Assembly: GCA_963522845.1 (NCBI GenBank) | Contig: CAUQYZ010000003.1 | Span: 5,914 to 69,913, forward strand | Direction: 5' to 3' | DNA: 64,000 nt | Origin: an uncultured Candidatus Saccharibacteria bacterium | Lineage (GTDB): Bacteria > Patescibacteriota > Saccharimonadia > Saccharimonadales > Saccharimonadaceae | Part shown: positions 47,681-54,813 of the stretch, piece after piece | How positions within the stretch are numbered: the stretch's first letter is position 1 | Layout of the letters: each line of letters opens with the position of its first letter | Notes under the pieces: model-generated | Told to the model about the DNA's origin: nothing | Seen by the model: the letters and a program-made list of their open reading frames with translations, nothing else | Database searches by the model: none | Translations under genes and position numbers: made by a program

Positions 47681-49513
47681 CTACCCCTTTTTCACCGAGA
47701 TGGCAAAGGCGCTGGGTACCGGGAAGCCGACGGTCTCGTAGAAAGCAACTCGCTCAGCCAACTTGTTCTCCTGTAGCAAGTTGTGAGTAGTGGCTCCATC
47801 CTTGACCTCACCGGTATCGAAGGTCTGATCCTCGACTCCGGCTTGTCGCAGCAAGATGCCGTAGCGACTCATGTTACCGAAGATGACCTCGGCGTCAGTA
47901 CCGGACAGAGCATCCTCCACAACGAAGCGGTAGCCGTTCTTAAAGGTTCCGCTTAGCTGATCATCCATCGACTTGATGGAGTCAAGCGGGCGTCCGTCCT
48001 TGTCGACCTCGGTATCAATTGCCTCTAAGGCTTCACGGCTGAGGTAGTACTTGCCGCCACTCGCTGCCGTGCCGGCAACCTTGTAGGGCAAGTGCTTGAT
48101 GTCGGCATAGGTGATAGCGACACCGGCTCGTTGCACCTTGACCACCCCGGTGTTCTTGATGATGCCGGACTTGGTGTCGGTCAAGGCCATCTCAGCTCGC
48201 TTGCGGGCGATTGCTCGAGCAAAGCTGTCTCGCAACAGATCGTAAACGTTGACGGCTGCTTGCCGCACCAGCTTCTTAGTGACGATGGCGATGCCGGCAA
48301 ACTCACGCACGGTTAGCTTGGTGGTACCGAACTCGGGCGCAGTTACGCTCTTGCTACCGCCCTCGGCGGCAACTTCGCTTACCACCACGTCCTTGACCAA
48401 GTCAGCGACATCGAGTGAGTCGCCTTGCTCCAGGGTGATAACCCGCAGGTCGGCAGCTACGGCGGAGTAAGTGCCAAGCGAGTTGTATACATCAGCCAGA
48501 AGCTCGGCGCTCGGTACCAACGCTCCACCTGATGCCGGGGTGCTGGTCTGTACGATTGCCGCCATCTTGCGGTCACCATAGGTCGCCAGTGCCACCTTAT
48601 TGAGCTGAGCCAACTTTTCGGTGTCTCGATTGACGTAGGCGACGAACTGAGCGGCTGTCAGCTCTACCTTATCCATCTTGTCGCTAGCTTTGCTCACGTT
48701 GACGCTCTCGGGTGCCTTCTGCTCACTGGCCGCAGTCTTGGCAGCAACAATAGCTTCACCGACGCTCTTATCTGTCTTTATCATCTTGTCCTCCTTTCCG
48801 GCTGTCTTGTCAGCCTCCTTGTCTTCGTCCTGTTTTGACTCATCGGGCGTGTTGGGCGCATCCTTGTCTTCGTCGGACATCGCTGCCTTTACCTGGTCAG
48901 CGATTGCTTTGATTTCAGCCTCATCAAGCGTTAGCTTGGCGGCTTCTTTGGTTGGTTTGGGCATTTTCTTGTCCTCCTTATCTTCATTATCGTTTTTACT
49001 GGCGACGGTCAGTACTCGAGCGTCTCGGTTCGCTCCCTTCCAAACGATCGAGACTTCATCGATGTTGGCATCGTAGATGACGCCATCTTTGTAGGTGAAG
49101 TCGTCCTCGTCGGTCGAATAGGTCAGCGAGACGTTGTGGCTGATAAACCCTTCTTGAGCCAGAGTTCTAATCTCCTGTCCCCGTTCCAGGCTGGTCAGCC
49201 CGATGCGTAGGACCGGAGACTTTGTCTCATCGTCCCAAGTCGCCTGGCGTACTCCACCGATCATGTCATCGACGGTTCGACTGTGGTCTTTGAAAGCAGG
49301 GATGTCCAGCTCTTTACTGCCCAGCTCAGCGCTGGTGGTATAGCCTCCCTCGGCCAGCGGCCAGCGTAGCGAGGCGGTGTCGAATTGGTCACCATTGGCA
49401 TTTCTGAAACCATCTGTCGGGACTACGTCGATGTAACCGTTCGGATACTCGTCAGGCTTGTCGCTCGATACTTTCACCTTGGCGCTAATCGTAGCTGTAA
49501 TGGATTTCGACAT
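47681..49513 (-). CDS. Prohead protease / scaffold / HK97-fold major capsid fusion
   Basis: N-terminal DH...IG, VSL, EVSIVWKGAN.DA protease motifs; charged linker; GGALVP, IFGNMSRY, NLLQENK. Confidence 0.9.
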   Translation of the reverse strand: MSKSITATISAKVKVSSDKPDEYPNGYIDVVPTDGFRNANGDQFDTASLRWPLAEGGYTTSAELGSKELDIPAFKDHSRTVDDMIGGVRQATWDDETKSPVLRIGLTSLERGQEIRTLAQEGFISHNVSLTYSTDEDDFTYKDGVIYDANIDEVSIVWKGANRDARVLTVASKNDNEDKEDKKMPKPTKEAAKLTLDEAEIKAIADQVKAAMSDEDKDAPNTPDESKQDEDKEADKTAGKEDKMIKTDKSVGEAIVAAKTAASEQKAPESVNVSKASDKMDKVELTAAQFVAYVNRDTEKLAQLNKVALATYGDRKMAAIVQTSTPASGGALVPSAELLADVYNSLGTYSAVAADLRVITLEQGDSLDVADLVKDVVVSEVAAEGGSKSVTAPEFGTTKLTVREFAGIAIVTKKLVRQAAVNVYDLLRDSFARAIARKRAEMALTDTKSGIIKNTGVVKVQRAGVAITYADIKHLPYKVAGTAASGGKYYLSREALEAIDTEVDKDGRPLDSIKSMDDQLSGTFKNGYRFVVEDALSGTDAEVIFGNMSRYGILLRQAGVEDQTFDTGEVKDGATTHNLLQENKLAERVAFYETVGFPVPSAFAISVKKG

Positions 49514-49668
49514 ATTCCTCCATCTTTATCCTTTCTTTCGTCTAACTTCACCGCACGCTCCGGGGCTGTTCATCATCACGAGAGCCGGCTTGGTGCCGAT
49601 TAACCGCAAGTCCTCTCGTGTTGCCTGCTTGCGGCTATGTTCTTGGTAAGACAGGGTGTTACAACCCT
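49514..49668 (-). ncRNA. Structured capsid-gene leader with H-type pseudoknot potential
   Basis: P1 TAGCCGCAAG/CTTGCGGTTA; loop CACGAGAG pairs with downstream CTCTCGTG; nested hairpin TCGGC/GCCGG. Confidence 0.5.
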
Positions 49669-49673
49669 TATTT

Positions 49674-49695
49674 TCACTATATAGAAACCTCGAAA
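49674..49695 (-). promoter_or_regulatory. Late-promoter-like motif, copy 3
   Basis: Identical to 37523-37544; between terL stop and capsid leader. Confidence 0.7.
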
Positions 49696-49707
49696 GGACG
49701 TGATTTA

Positions 49708-51096
49708 TCAGATGAAGTACTCCACTTCCTGCTTTGTCTCCTGCTCGTAAATACCCGCCATAGCGTCAAGGGCATCGTCGTGCGGATTCTTCCCGCCGTC
49801 GACGTATGACAGTATCTGTGACGCCAGGTCCGGCCATCGATTGGTCCAGCCGGCAGGCATTAGCAGGTTTTGCTTGATCCAGTACGAGCTGGCTCTGATC
49901 CGAGACTGCTTATTCGCCGTGGTGGCTTGCCAGGTGACTACCGTTCTGTTATTGCCGCCGCCTTTCATGATGCGCTCGATATTCCGAGCGAAGCCACGCC
50001 CGCCATTGTTTGACTCAAATAGCGCCAAGGAGACGTTGTTGCGGGTCAGGATACTGGCACAAGCCGGCTCAGTGTATTCAGCCGGCTTTTGAGTAAACAG
50101 GGCGTCGATGATGTAGATCTTGCCATCGATGTTGACGTAGAGCAGAGCGCAGAAATAGTCGCTACCGGTATCGGCGGTATCGACGTAAGCTTTCCTGACG
50201 GCTTTCCCGTCCCCTTCCGGCAATACTTGATACTCCTGAAACTCACCGTAAAGCCTGTTCTTCACATCGATCGGTTGTTGTAGGTAGTTTGCTGAGAATA
50301 CCTCGGGGGATAACGCTTGCCGAAGCATCTCCAGCTTCTCTCGGCTCATGATCTGCGAATCAAGCATCTCTCCCTTGTCGTTTATCGCCGGGAACGATAT
50401 CGCTTCGACCTGATCACCATATCGCTCCATCACACATCCTGCCAGATCTTTGGTTGCCCAGCGCTGCATGATGAAGATGAACTTGTAGCTTTCGCCGTCC
50501 GCCCGGCTGAAGATAGTGTTGTTAAACCAGTCCCAGTGCTCCTTGAGAACCCTTGAGTTCAGGGCGTCTATGTGGTTCTTGATGATGTCGTCAAACAGGA
50601 ATAGATCGCTTCTAGAGCCGGTAACTGACGAGCCGGGTGTCACCATCCGATAAGTCGGCTCAGGTGCTCCCTCGATCTCCCAGCGAGCTTTCGTGGCGTA
50701 GCCCTGTTTGATTTTAGTCTTTGGGAATATCTGCGGGTATGGCACACCGCCTACGCCGAAGTTCTTGCCGAGAATGGTGTCTCTCACCTGAGTTGAGAAG
50801 GTCTCCGCCATCGAAGTGTTGCTGGCGGCGATGATACGGCATCTGTTGTTGCGTCCCAGCACCCACAAGCTCAAGTTCTTTACCGTAAACGACTTGAAGT
50901 GACCCGGTGGCAGAGAGATTACCATGAAGTGCTTAGGCGACCTCTCGTAGAAATCCTGCGTTCGTCTAGCCAGCTCTCTGAGTAGCCAGCTTTTATCGGT
51001 GAATAGCTTTGGATAGAGGAGCTTTTCAAACTCCCACAGATCACGTCTAGCCAGTTCCTTACGAGCCTCCAGCTTTATGACATCAGATACCGACAT
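49708..51096 (-). CDS. terL: Terminase large subunit
   Basis: SLPPGHFKS (Walker A variant), LFDDIIK, IMQRW, YVDTA, FESNNGG, HDDALDA. Confidence 0.95.
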   Translation of the reverse strand: MSVSDVIKLEARKELARRDLWEFEKLLYPKLFTDKSWLLRELARRTQDFYERSPKHFMVISLPPGHFKSFTVKNLSLWVLGRNNRCRIIAASNTSMAETFSTQVRDTILGKNFGVGGVPYPQIFPKTKIKQGYATKARWEIEGAPEPTYRMVTPGSSVTGSRSDLFLFDDIIKNHIDALNSRVLKEHWDWFNNTIFSRADGESYKFIFIMQRWATKDLAGCVMERYGDQVEAISFPAINDKGEMLDSQIMSREKLEMLRQALSPEVFSANYLQQPIDVKNRLYGEFQEYQVLPEGDGKAVRKAYVDTADTGSDYFCALLYVNIDGKIYIIDALFTQKPAEYTEPACASILTRNNVSLALFESNNGGRGFARNIERIMKGGGNNRTVVTWQATTANKQSRIRASSYWIKQNLLMPAGWTNRWPDLASQILSYVDGGKNPHDDALDAMAGIYEQETKQEVEYFI

Positions 51097-51099
51097 GCG

Positions 51100-51552
51100 T
51101 TAGCCTCCGATGAGCTTACGCAACTCATCGGTCGTTAAGTCAGACAGAGGGTTGTTGTTCGACGTGACATTCACGTGGTGCTTGATGCGGTCACGCATGG
51201 CGTTATATTCCTTGATTGCCCCCAGCTTAGTCTTGAAGTCGGCATCTTGAACGATCAGCTTTTCAAGCTGTTTATCCACGAAAACGTCGTTGAGTCCATG
51301 CGCTTCAAACAACAGATGTATGCACTTCAAAACCTTAGCATTTCTTAGCATCTTTGAAGCGTTCACTGTGGCCGTTTTATAGGCCCCCGGCACAGCCGGA
51401 TCGATATGATAAGCCTCGATATAGCTCTGCACCCCATTGCCGAAGAACTCACGATCACTGGCATACAAACGGCAAAACAGCAATTGCTTTGGCGTTAGCT
51501 TCAGTGCTTCGATCTCAGCCTTCTTGTCGTCTTTGTCCTTCTTAGCGGTCAT
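51100..51552 (-). CDS. terS: Terminase small subunit
   Basis: LTPKQLLFCRLY...GNGVQSYIEAY...ASKMLRN; LSDLTTDELRKL tail. Confidence 0.88.
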   Translation of the reverse strand: MTAKKDKDDKKAEIEALKLTPKQLLFCRLYASDREFFGNGVQSYIEAYHIDPAVPGAYKTATVNASKMLRNAKVLKCIHLLFEAHGLNDVFVDKQLEKLIVQDADFKTKLGAIKEYNAMRDRIKHHVNVTSNNNPLSDLTTDELRKLIGG

Positions 51553-51925
51553 TACCCCTCCGGTTGTCTGTATACGATGAAATACCGGCCAGGCGTGACG
51601 CTTTGATGAGTTTTAGGTAATCAAGCTTTGTGACTGTTCTTAGCCAAGCATTAAACATCTGGAAGCCGATTAGCCGACCGGAGTTGCTCTGTCCACAGTC
51701 AAATACATGGAAGGTGATGATCAGATCATTAAAAGAAACCTTGGTGACATCGCTGTAGAAGTCTATGATAAAGTCAACTGCCCTGTTGTTGTCTCTGCTG
51801 CTACGGGAAATTATCTTGCCGGGAACAACTCTTCTCTCGTACACGCTACCGACCCCCTCCCTAACCGGTCTGTAGCCCGCACCTTTCTTTGCAAGTATGT
51901 TACAATCAAAGCATAAGAACTGCAA
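51542..51925 (-). CDS. Phage hypothetical protein, first gene of the leftward operon
   Basis: ORF overlapping terS; start uncertain. Confidence 0.5.
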   Translation of the reverse strand: MQFLCFDCNILAKKGAGYRPVREGVGSVYERRVVPGKIISRSSRDNNRAVDFIIDFYSDVTKVSFNDLIITFHVFDCGQSNSGRLIGFQMFNAWLRTVTKLDYLKLIKASRLAGISSYTDNRRGNDR

Positions 51926-51963
51926 GTTCTTGGCACCTTAGCTCTGTTTCAGAGCCCATGGTC

Positions 51964-51992
51964 TTTACAAATCAAGAGGTTTTTAGTAGTAT
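51964..51992 (+). promoter_or_regulatory. Sigma70-type promoter of the sRNA
   Basis: TTTACA-17 bp-TAGTAT. Confidence 0.7.
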
Positions 51993-51998
51993 GAAACT

Positions 51999-52088
51999 AC
52001 TCGATAAACCGAATTGAGACCTCAGCGCAAGCTAAGGTCTCTCAAAGTAATTTGTTTAGACCGCTTGTGATTGACTGCGGTCTTTTTT
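51999..52088 (+). ncRNA. Candidate antisense (immunity or antitoxin) sRNA, ~90 nt
   Basis: Promoter; unpaired 5' seed; GCAA-tetraloop hairpin 52016-52041; terminator AGACCGC/GCGGTCT plus U run; 22-nt complement to 25626-25647. Confidence 0.7.
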
Positions 52089-52134
52089 AAGATCCGGTCT
52101 TACAAGATAACATAAGCTCGAGTAAGATTGTGCG

Positions 52135-52163
52135 AACGTAACGATTGTGCTCGGCACTGTCAA
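52135..52163 (-). promoter_or_regulatory. Leftward promoter toward terminase operon with GCACAATC direct repeats
   Basis: TTGACA-17 bp-TACGTT on the minus strand; GATTGTGC at 52126-52133 and 52143-52150. Confidence 0.6.
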
Positions 52164-52220
52164 GCCACCTAGACTGAGCGTCCGTAGGTCTGTTTGTTGT
52201 GGCTTGTTAAGGGAGGGTTC

Positions 52221-52316
52221 ATGAGCAGAGCGAAAACCTCGTATTCCACTACGATTTTTTCTCTAAACCTACTTAATAATCATAATCACAATGGTACTAT
52301 CATTGTGGATCATTAA
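52221..52316 (+). CDS. 31-aa ORF coupled (TAATG) to the next gene
   Basis: SD AAGGGAGG; MSRAKTSYSTTIFSLNLLNNHNHNGTIIVDH. Confidence 0.35.
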   Translation: MSRAKTSYSTTIFSLNLLNNHNHNGTIIVDH

Positions 52317-52639
52317 TGATATATAAGTATCGGCAGGAACTGAAAATGGCAAAAAGTGGAAAACCTGGTGAAAAGTCTGTGGAAAACGTTGTGGAAAGTT
52401 TTTGCGAGGATCGGGCGGCTAAAGTCGAGCGAATTGCCCAAGATTTATGCGATCGTTTAGACAATCCCGGAGCTTACGAATGGTACATGAAGTGTGCTTG
52501 GCATCTGCCACCAAGTGTACTTTACGGCAACCTTGTAATCGCTAAGGGAGGACGAAATCCTCAGAAGTTCTTCACGTATCTATGCAAGCAGTCGCTACAG
52601 CATTCTAAAAGCTACCTTAAGCATCATTCTGAACGCTAA
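52316..52639 (+). CDS. Small phage protein, possibly replication-initiator-related
   Basis: VENVVES linker encoded by DnaA-box-like repeats; C-terminal RNPQKFFTYL helical motif. Confidence 0.6.
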   Translation: MIYKYRQELKMAKSGKPGEKSVENVVESFCEDRAAKVERIAQDLCDRLDNPGAYEWYMKCAWHLPPSVLYGNLVIAKGGRNPQKFFTYLCKQSLQHSKSYLKHHSER

Positions 52640-52668
52640 CGCTTCCGACTCTGCTCCTAGTATCAATC

Positions 52669-53604
52669 ATGAGAGTGGGAGAAAAGAGCAGAGTCCGGAT
52701 GACGATTAGAGAAGCCATGGAGAGTTATTTGTTTTATCAGGCTAAGGTGAGGATGCGATCACCCTCGACTATCAAGGGGCGACGTATCTACCTGACGAGA
52801 TTTGGAAATTATTTCGGTATGGATGCTGATATCGGCAGTCTGTCCAACGTTGATATCGATCGATACCATACGGACATGCGGGCATCGACTTCGAGAAGGG
52901 GCAAGCCGATGTCAATCGGCTCGGTCAACACCAGCATCAGATCGGTCAAAGCTCTACTGAACCACTGCATCAACTATCACGGTGAGCCCATCTTGGCAAA
53001 AACCTTCATGATTTACGAGCTTAAACAGCCGGAGACTCATCCGGAGATAATTCTCTTCTCTGACGTCAGAGAGGTCGTTGCCGTGTGCAAAGACGAGCAG
53101 GATCGGTTGATGATAGCTCTGCTGTTCGAGGCCGGCTTGCGTATAGCTGAGCTCTGCGCCGTTAAGCTGGAGGACTTCAGAGACACCACCCTGGACGTAG
53201 TCGGCAAAGGTGCTAAGCATCGCATCACCTTTGTCTCAAACGAGCTCTACACGGCTATTACAGAGCGCTGTAGGAGCCTAGGCATCGAGCGTGGTTACAT
53301 CTTTCGTCCGCTCATGCACGGTGGCGACCACTACACCAACATCGACACGGTCAGAGCCAGGATAAAGAGAGTTTTCCTGCGTGTTATGGGTATCGACATG
53401 CACCCACACCAGCTGCGGCACGCCTTTGCCATCAACCTGCTGGAGAATGGCGCCAATATCAGATCCATACAGAAACTACTGGGGCACGCAAAAATAGAGA
53501 CGACCATGCGCTACCTGGGCATCTCCGACAAGTATCTCGAGCAGGATTACACCACCCATTTTGGTGGTAGCGTGCTACCCGGAACGGTGACTGCGCCTAA
53601 ATGA
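52669..53604 (+). CDS. int: Tyrosine recombinase / integrase (XerC/D-like)
   Basis: GLRIAEL, GKGAKHR, HPHQLRHAFA, LLGH, TTMRY; adjacent to attR. Confidence 0.95.
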   Translation: MRVGEKSRVRMTIREAMESYLFYQAKVRMRSPSTIKGRRIYLTRFGNYFGMDADIGSLSNVDIDRYHTDMRASTSRRGKPMSIGSVNTSIRSVKALLNHCINYHGEPILAKTFMIYELKQPETHPEIILFSDVREVVAVCKDEQDRLMIALLFEAGLRIAELCAVKLEDFRDTTLDVVGKGAKHRITFVSNELYTAITERCRSLGIERGYIFRPLMHGGDHYTNIDTVRARIKRVFLRVMGIDMHPHQLRHAFAINLLENGANIRSIQKLLGHAKIETTMRYLGISDKYLEQDYTTHFGGSVLPGTVTAPK

Positions 53605-53633
53605 TTGACAAAACACAGGCACTTTGCTAGCAT
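53605..53633 (+). promoter_or_regulatory. Strong phage promoter reading into attR/tRNA
   Basis: TTGACA-17 bp-TAGCAT with TGn extension; boxA-like ACTTAACAA at 53651-53659. Confidence 0.75.
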
Positions 53634-53742
53634 AGTGGCATCAAACTTGTACTTAACAACCTTACTGAATGATCGTTCTTGCCATCCAAGAATCGGTCAT
53701 CTGCGCTGGGCTTGGGATTTTCCTTTTCTCGCCTGCCTTACG

Positions 53743-53845
53743 ATGGTGTATAATCTTATTAGCTTTACTGGGATGTCGCCAAGTGGTAAGGCATCAGGTT
53801 TTGGTCCTGACATTCGGGGGTTCGAATCCCTCCATCCCAACCAAA
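53743..53845 (+). repeat. attR (103-bp direct repeat)
   Basis: Matches 25439-25541 with one mismatch. Confidence 0.95.
53769..53843 (+). tRNA. tRNA-Gln(UUG), right copy, identical and full length
   Basis: Same 75-nt sequence as 25465-25539. Confidence 0.97.
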
Positions 53846-53887
53846 GCTTATTTTGTTGCCCCACTATATAACTTGTAAGGAGAAGAT

Positions 53888-54724
53888 ATGGCAGATGACT
53901 TAGTCTTTGTACTATTTCGATTGACGGTCGATAGAATGCGGGGAGCGGTAAGTGCCAGCTCAGGATATGTCATTAAGCGAAGCCAAGTGGCTAGCTATCT
54001 AGACCAAATTACCGACGAGCTAAAGTCCCGCCAGATCAGCAAAGAGTTGACACTGAAGAAGCATAGCGACGACGTCTATGCCTACGAATTCAAGAAGCCG
54101 ACCAAGACTATCTTCGTCCGCATCATGCCGACCGCTGACATATCTTATCGCATCGGCACGATTAATGAGAAAGGACAGCTGGTTGATGCGGCGAAGACGG
54201 ATAGTTACCCTGCTGCCGTCAAGTGGATACAGACACACGAGGCGTCCGATCAGTCTCGTCATTATCAGCTGGTGGCTAGCCTGCCTAATGTCGAGACCCC
54301 GGTCATAGTTAGTGATGTGCTGGAGCAGATTAAGTCGGGTGAGAATAATATCTTCGTGGCGAAAGCTAGCCATCTCGGCAAAGTCAATCGGCTCAATGAC
54401 CCGAATGGTAAAAAGAAGGCTAACAAGAGCTGGCTGGGTAAAGTCTTAGAGACGAACAAGGCGGGACGGATCATCTTCTACATCGGGCTGATTCCGTTTA
54501 TCCTGTGCGGCATAGACGCCTTGATGTCGATGGTCTTTAGTGATGGCGGGCGTCACCGAGTCAATGTGATTCTCTATATCGTCTGGGCGGTGACTAAGCC
54601 TGTCGTGACTGATTATGGTCAGTGGCTATTGCCTGTCTCTATCGTGCTGGTGCTGGGTGGCTTTAGCTCTTGCCTGAATAGCTACCTGTCTGACAAGAAG
54701 AAGACGAAGCAAGCGGACCGCTAG
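53888..54724 (+). CDS. Hypothetical membrane protein (C-terminal TMs)
   Basis: 278-aa ORF; SD AAGGAG. Confidence 0.75.
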   Translation: MADDLVFVLFRLTVDRMRGAVSASSGYVIKRSQVASYLDQITDELKSRQISKELTLKKHSDDVYAYEFKKPTKTIFVRIMPTADISYRIGTINEKGQLVDAAKTDSYPAAVKWIQTHEASDQSRHYQLVASLPNVETPVIVSDVLEQIKSGENNIFVAKASHLGKVNRLNDPNGKKKANKSWLGKVLETNKAGRIIFYIGLIPFILCGIDALMSMVFSDGGRHRVNVILYIVWAVTKPVVTDYGQWLLPVSIVLVLGGFSSCLNSYLSDKKKTKQADR

Positions 54725-54764
54725 ATGTAGGTATAGTGGAAGCTTACCTTACTTCTAAAATAAG

Positions 54765-54797
54765 ATATGGCCGGCGCTTAGACCGGTCATATTTTTT
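54765..54797. terminator. Terminator between convergent genes
   Basis: ATATGGCCGG...CCGGTCATAT plus T run. Confidence 0.7.
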
Positions 54798-54813
54798 GTT
54801 AGCCCTGATATAC

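Larger units (their letters stand above)
25439..53845. mobile_element. Siphovirus-type temperate prophage (~28.3 kb) integrated at tRNA-Gln
   Basis: att direct repeats, tyrosine integrase, terminase, protease-capsid, portal, tail, tape measure, lysis and RecT/YqaJ modules. Confidence 0.97.

Noticed and set aside
49514..49668. HDV-like or hammerhead ribozyme assignment
   Set aside because: No P3/P1.1 elements and no CUGAUGA core; kept only as an unclassified pseudoknot
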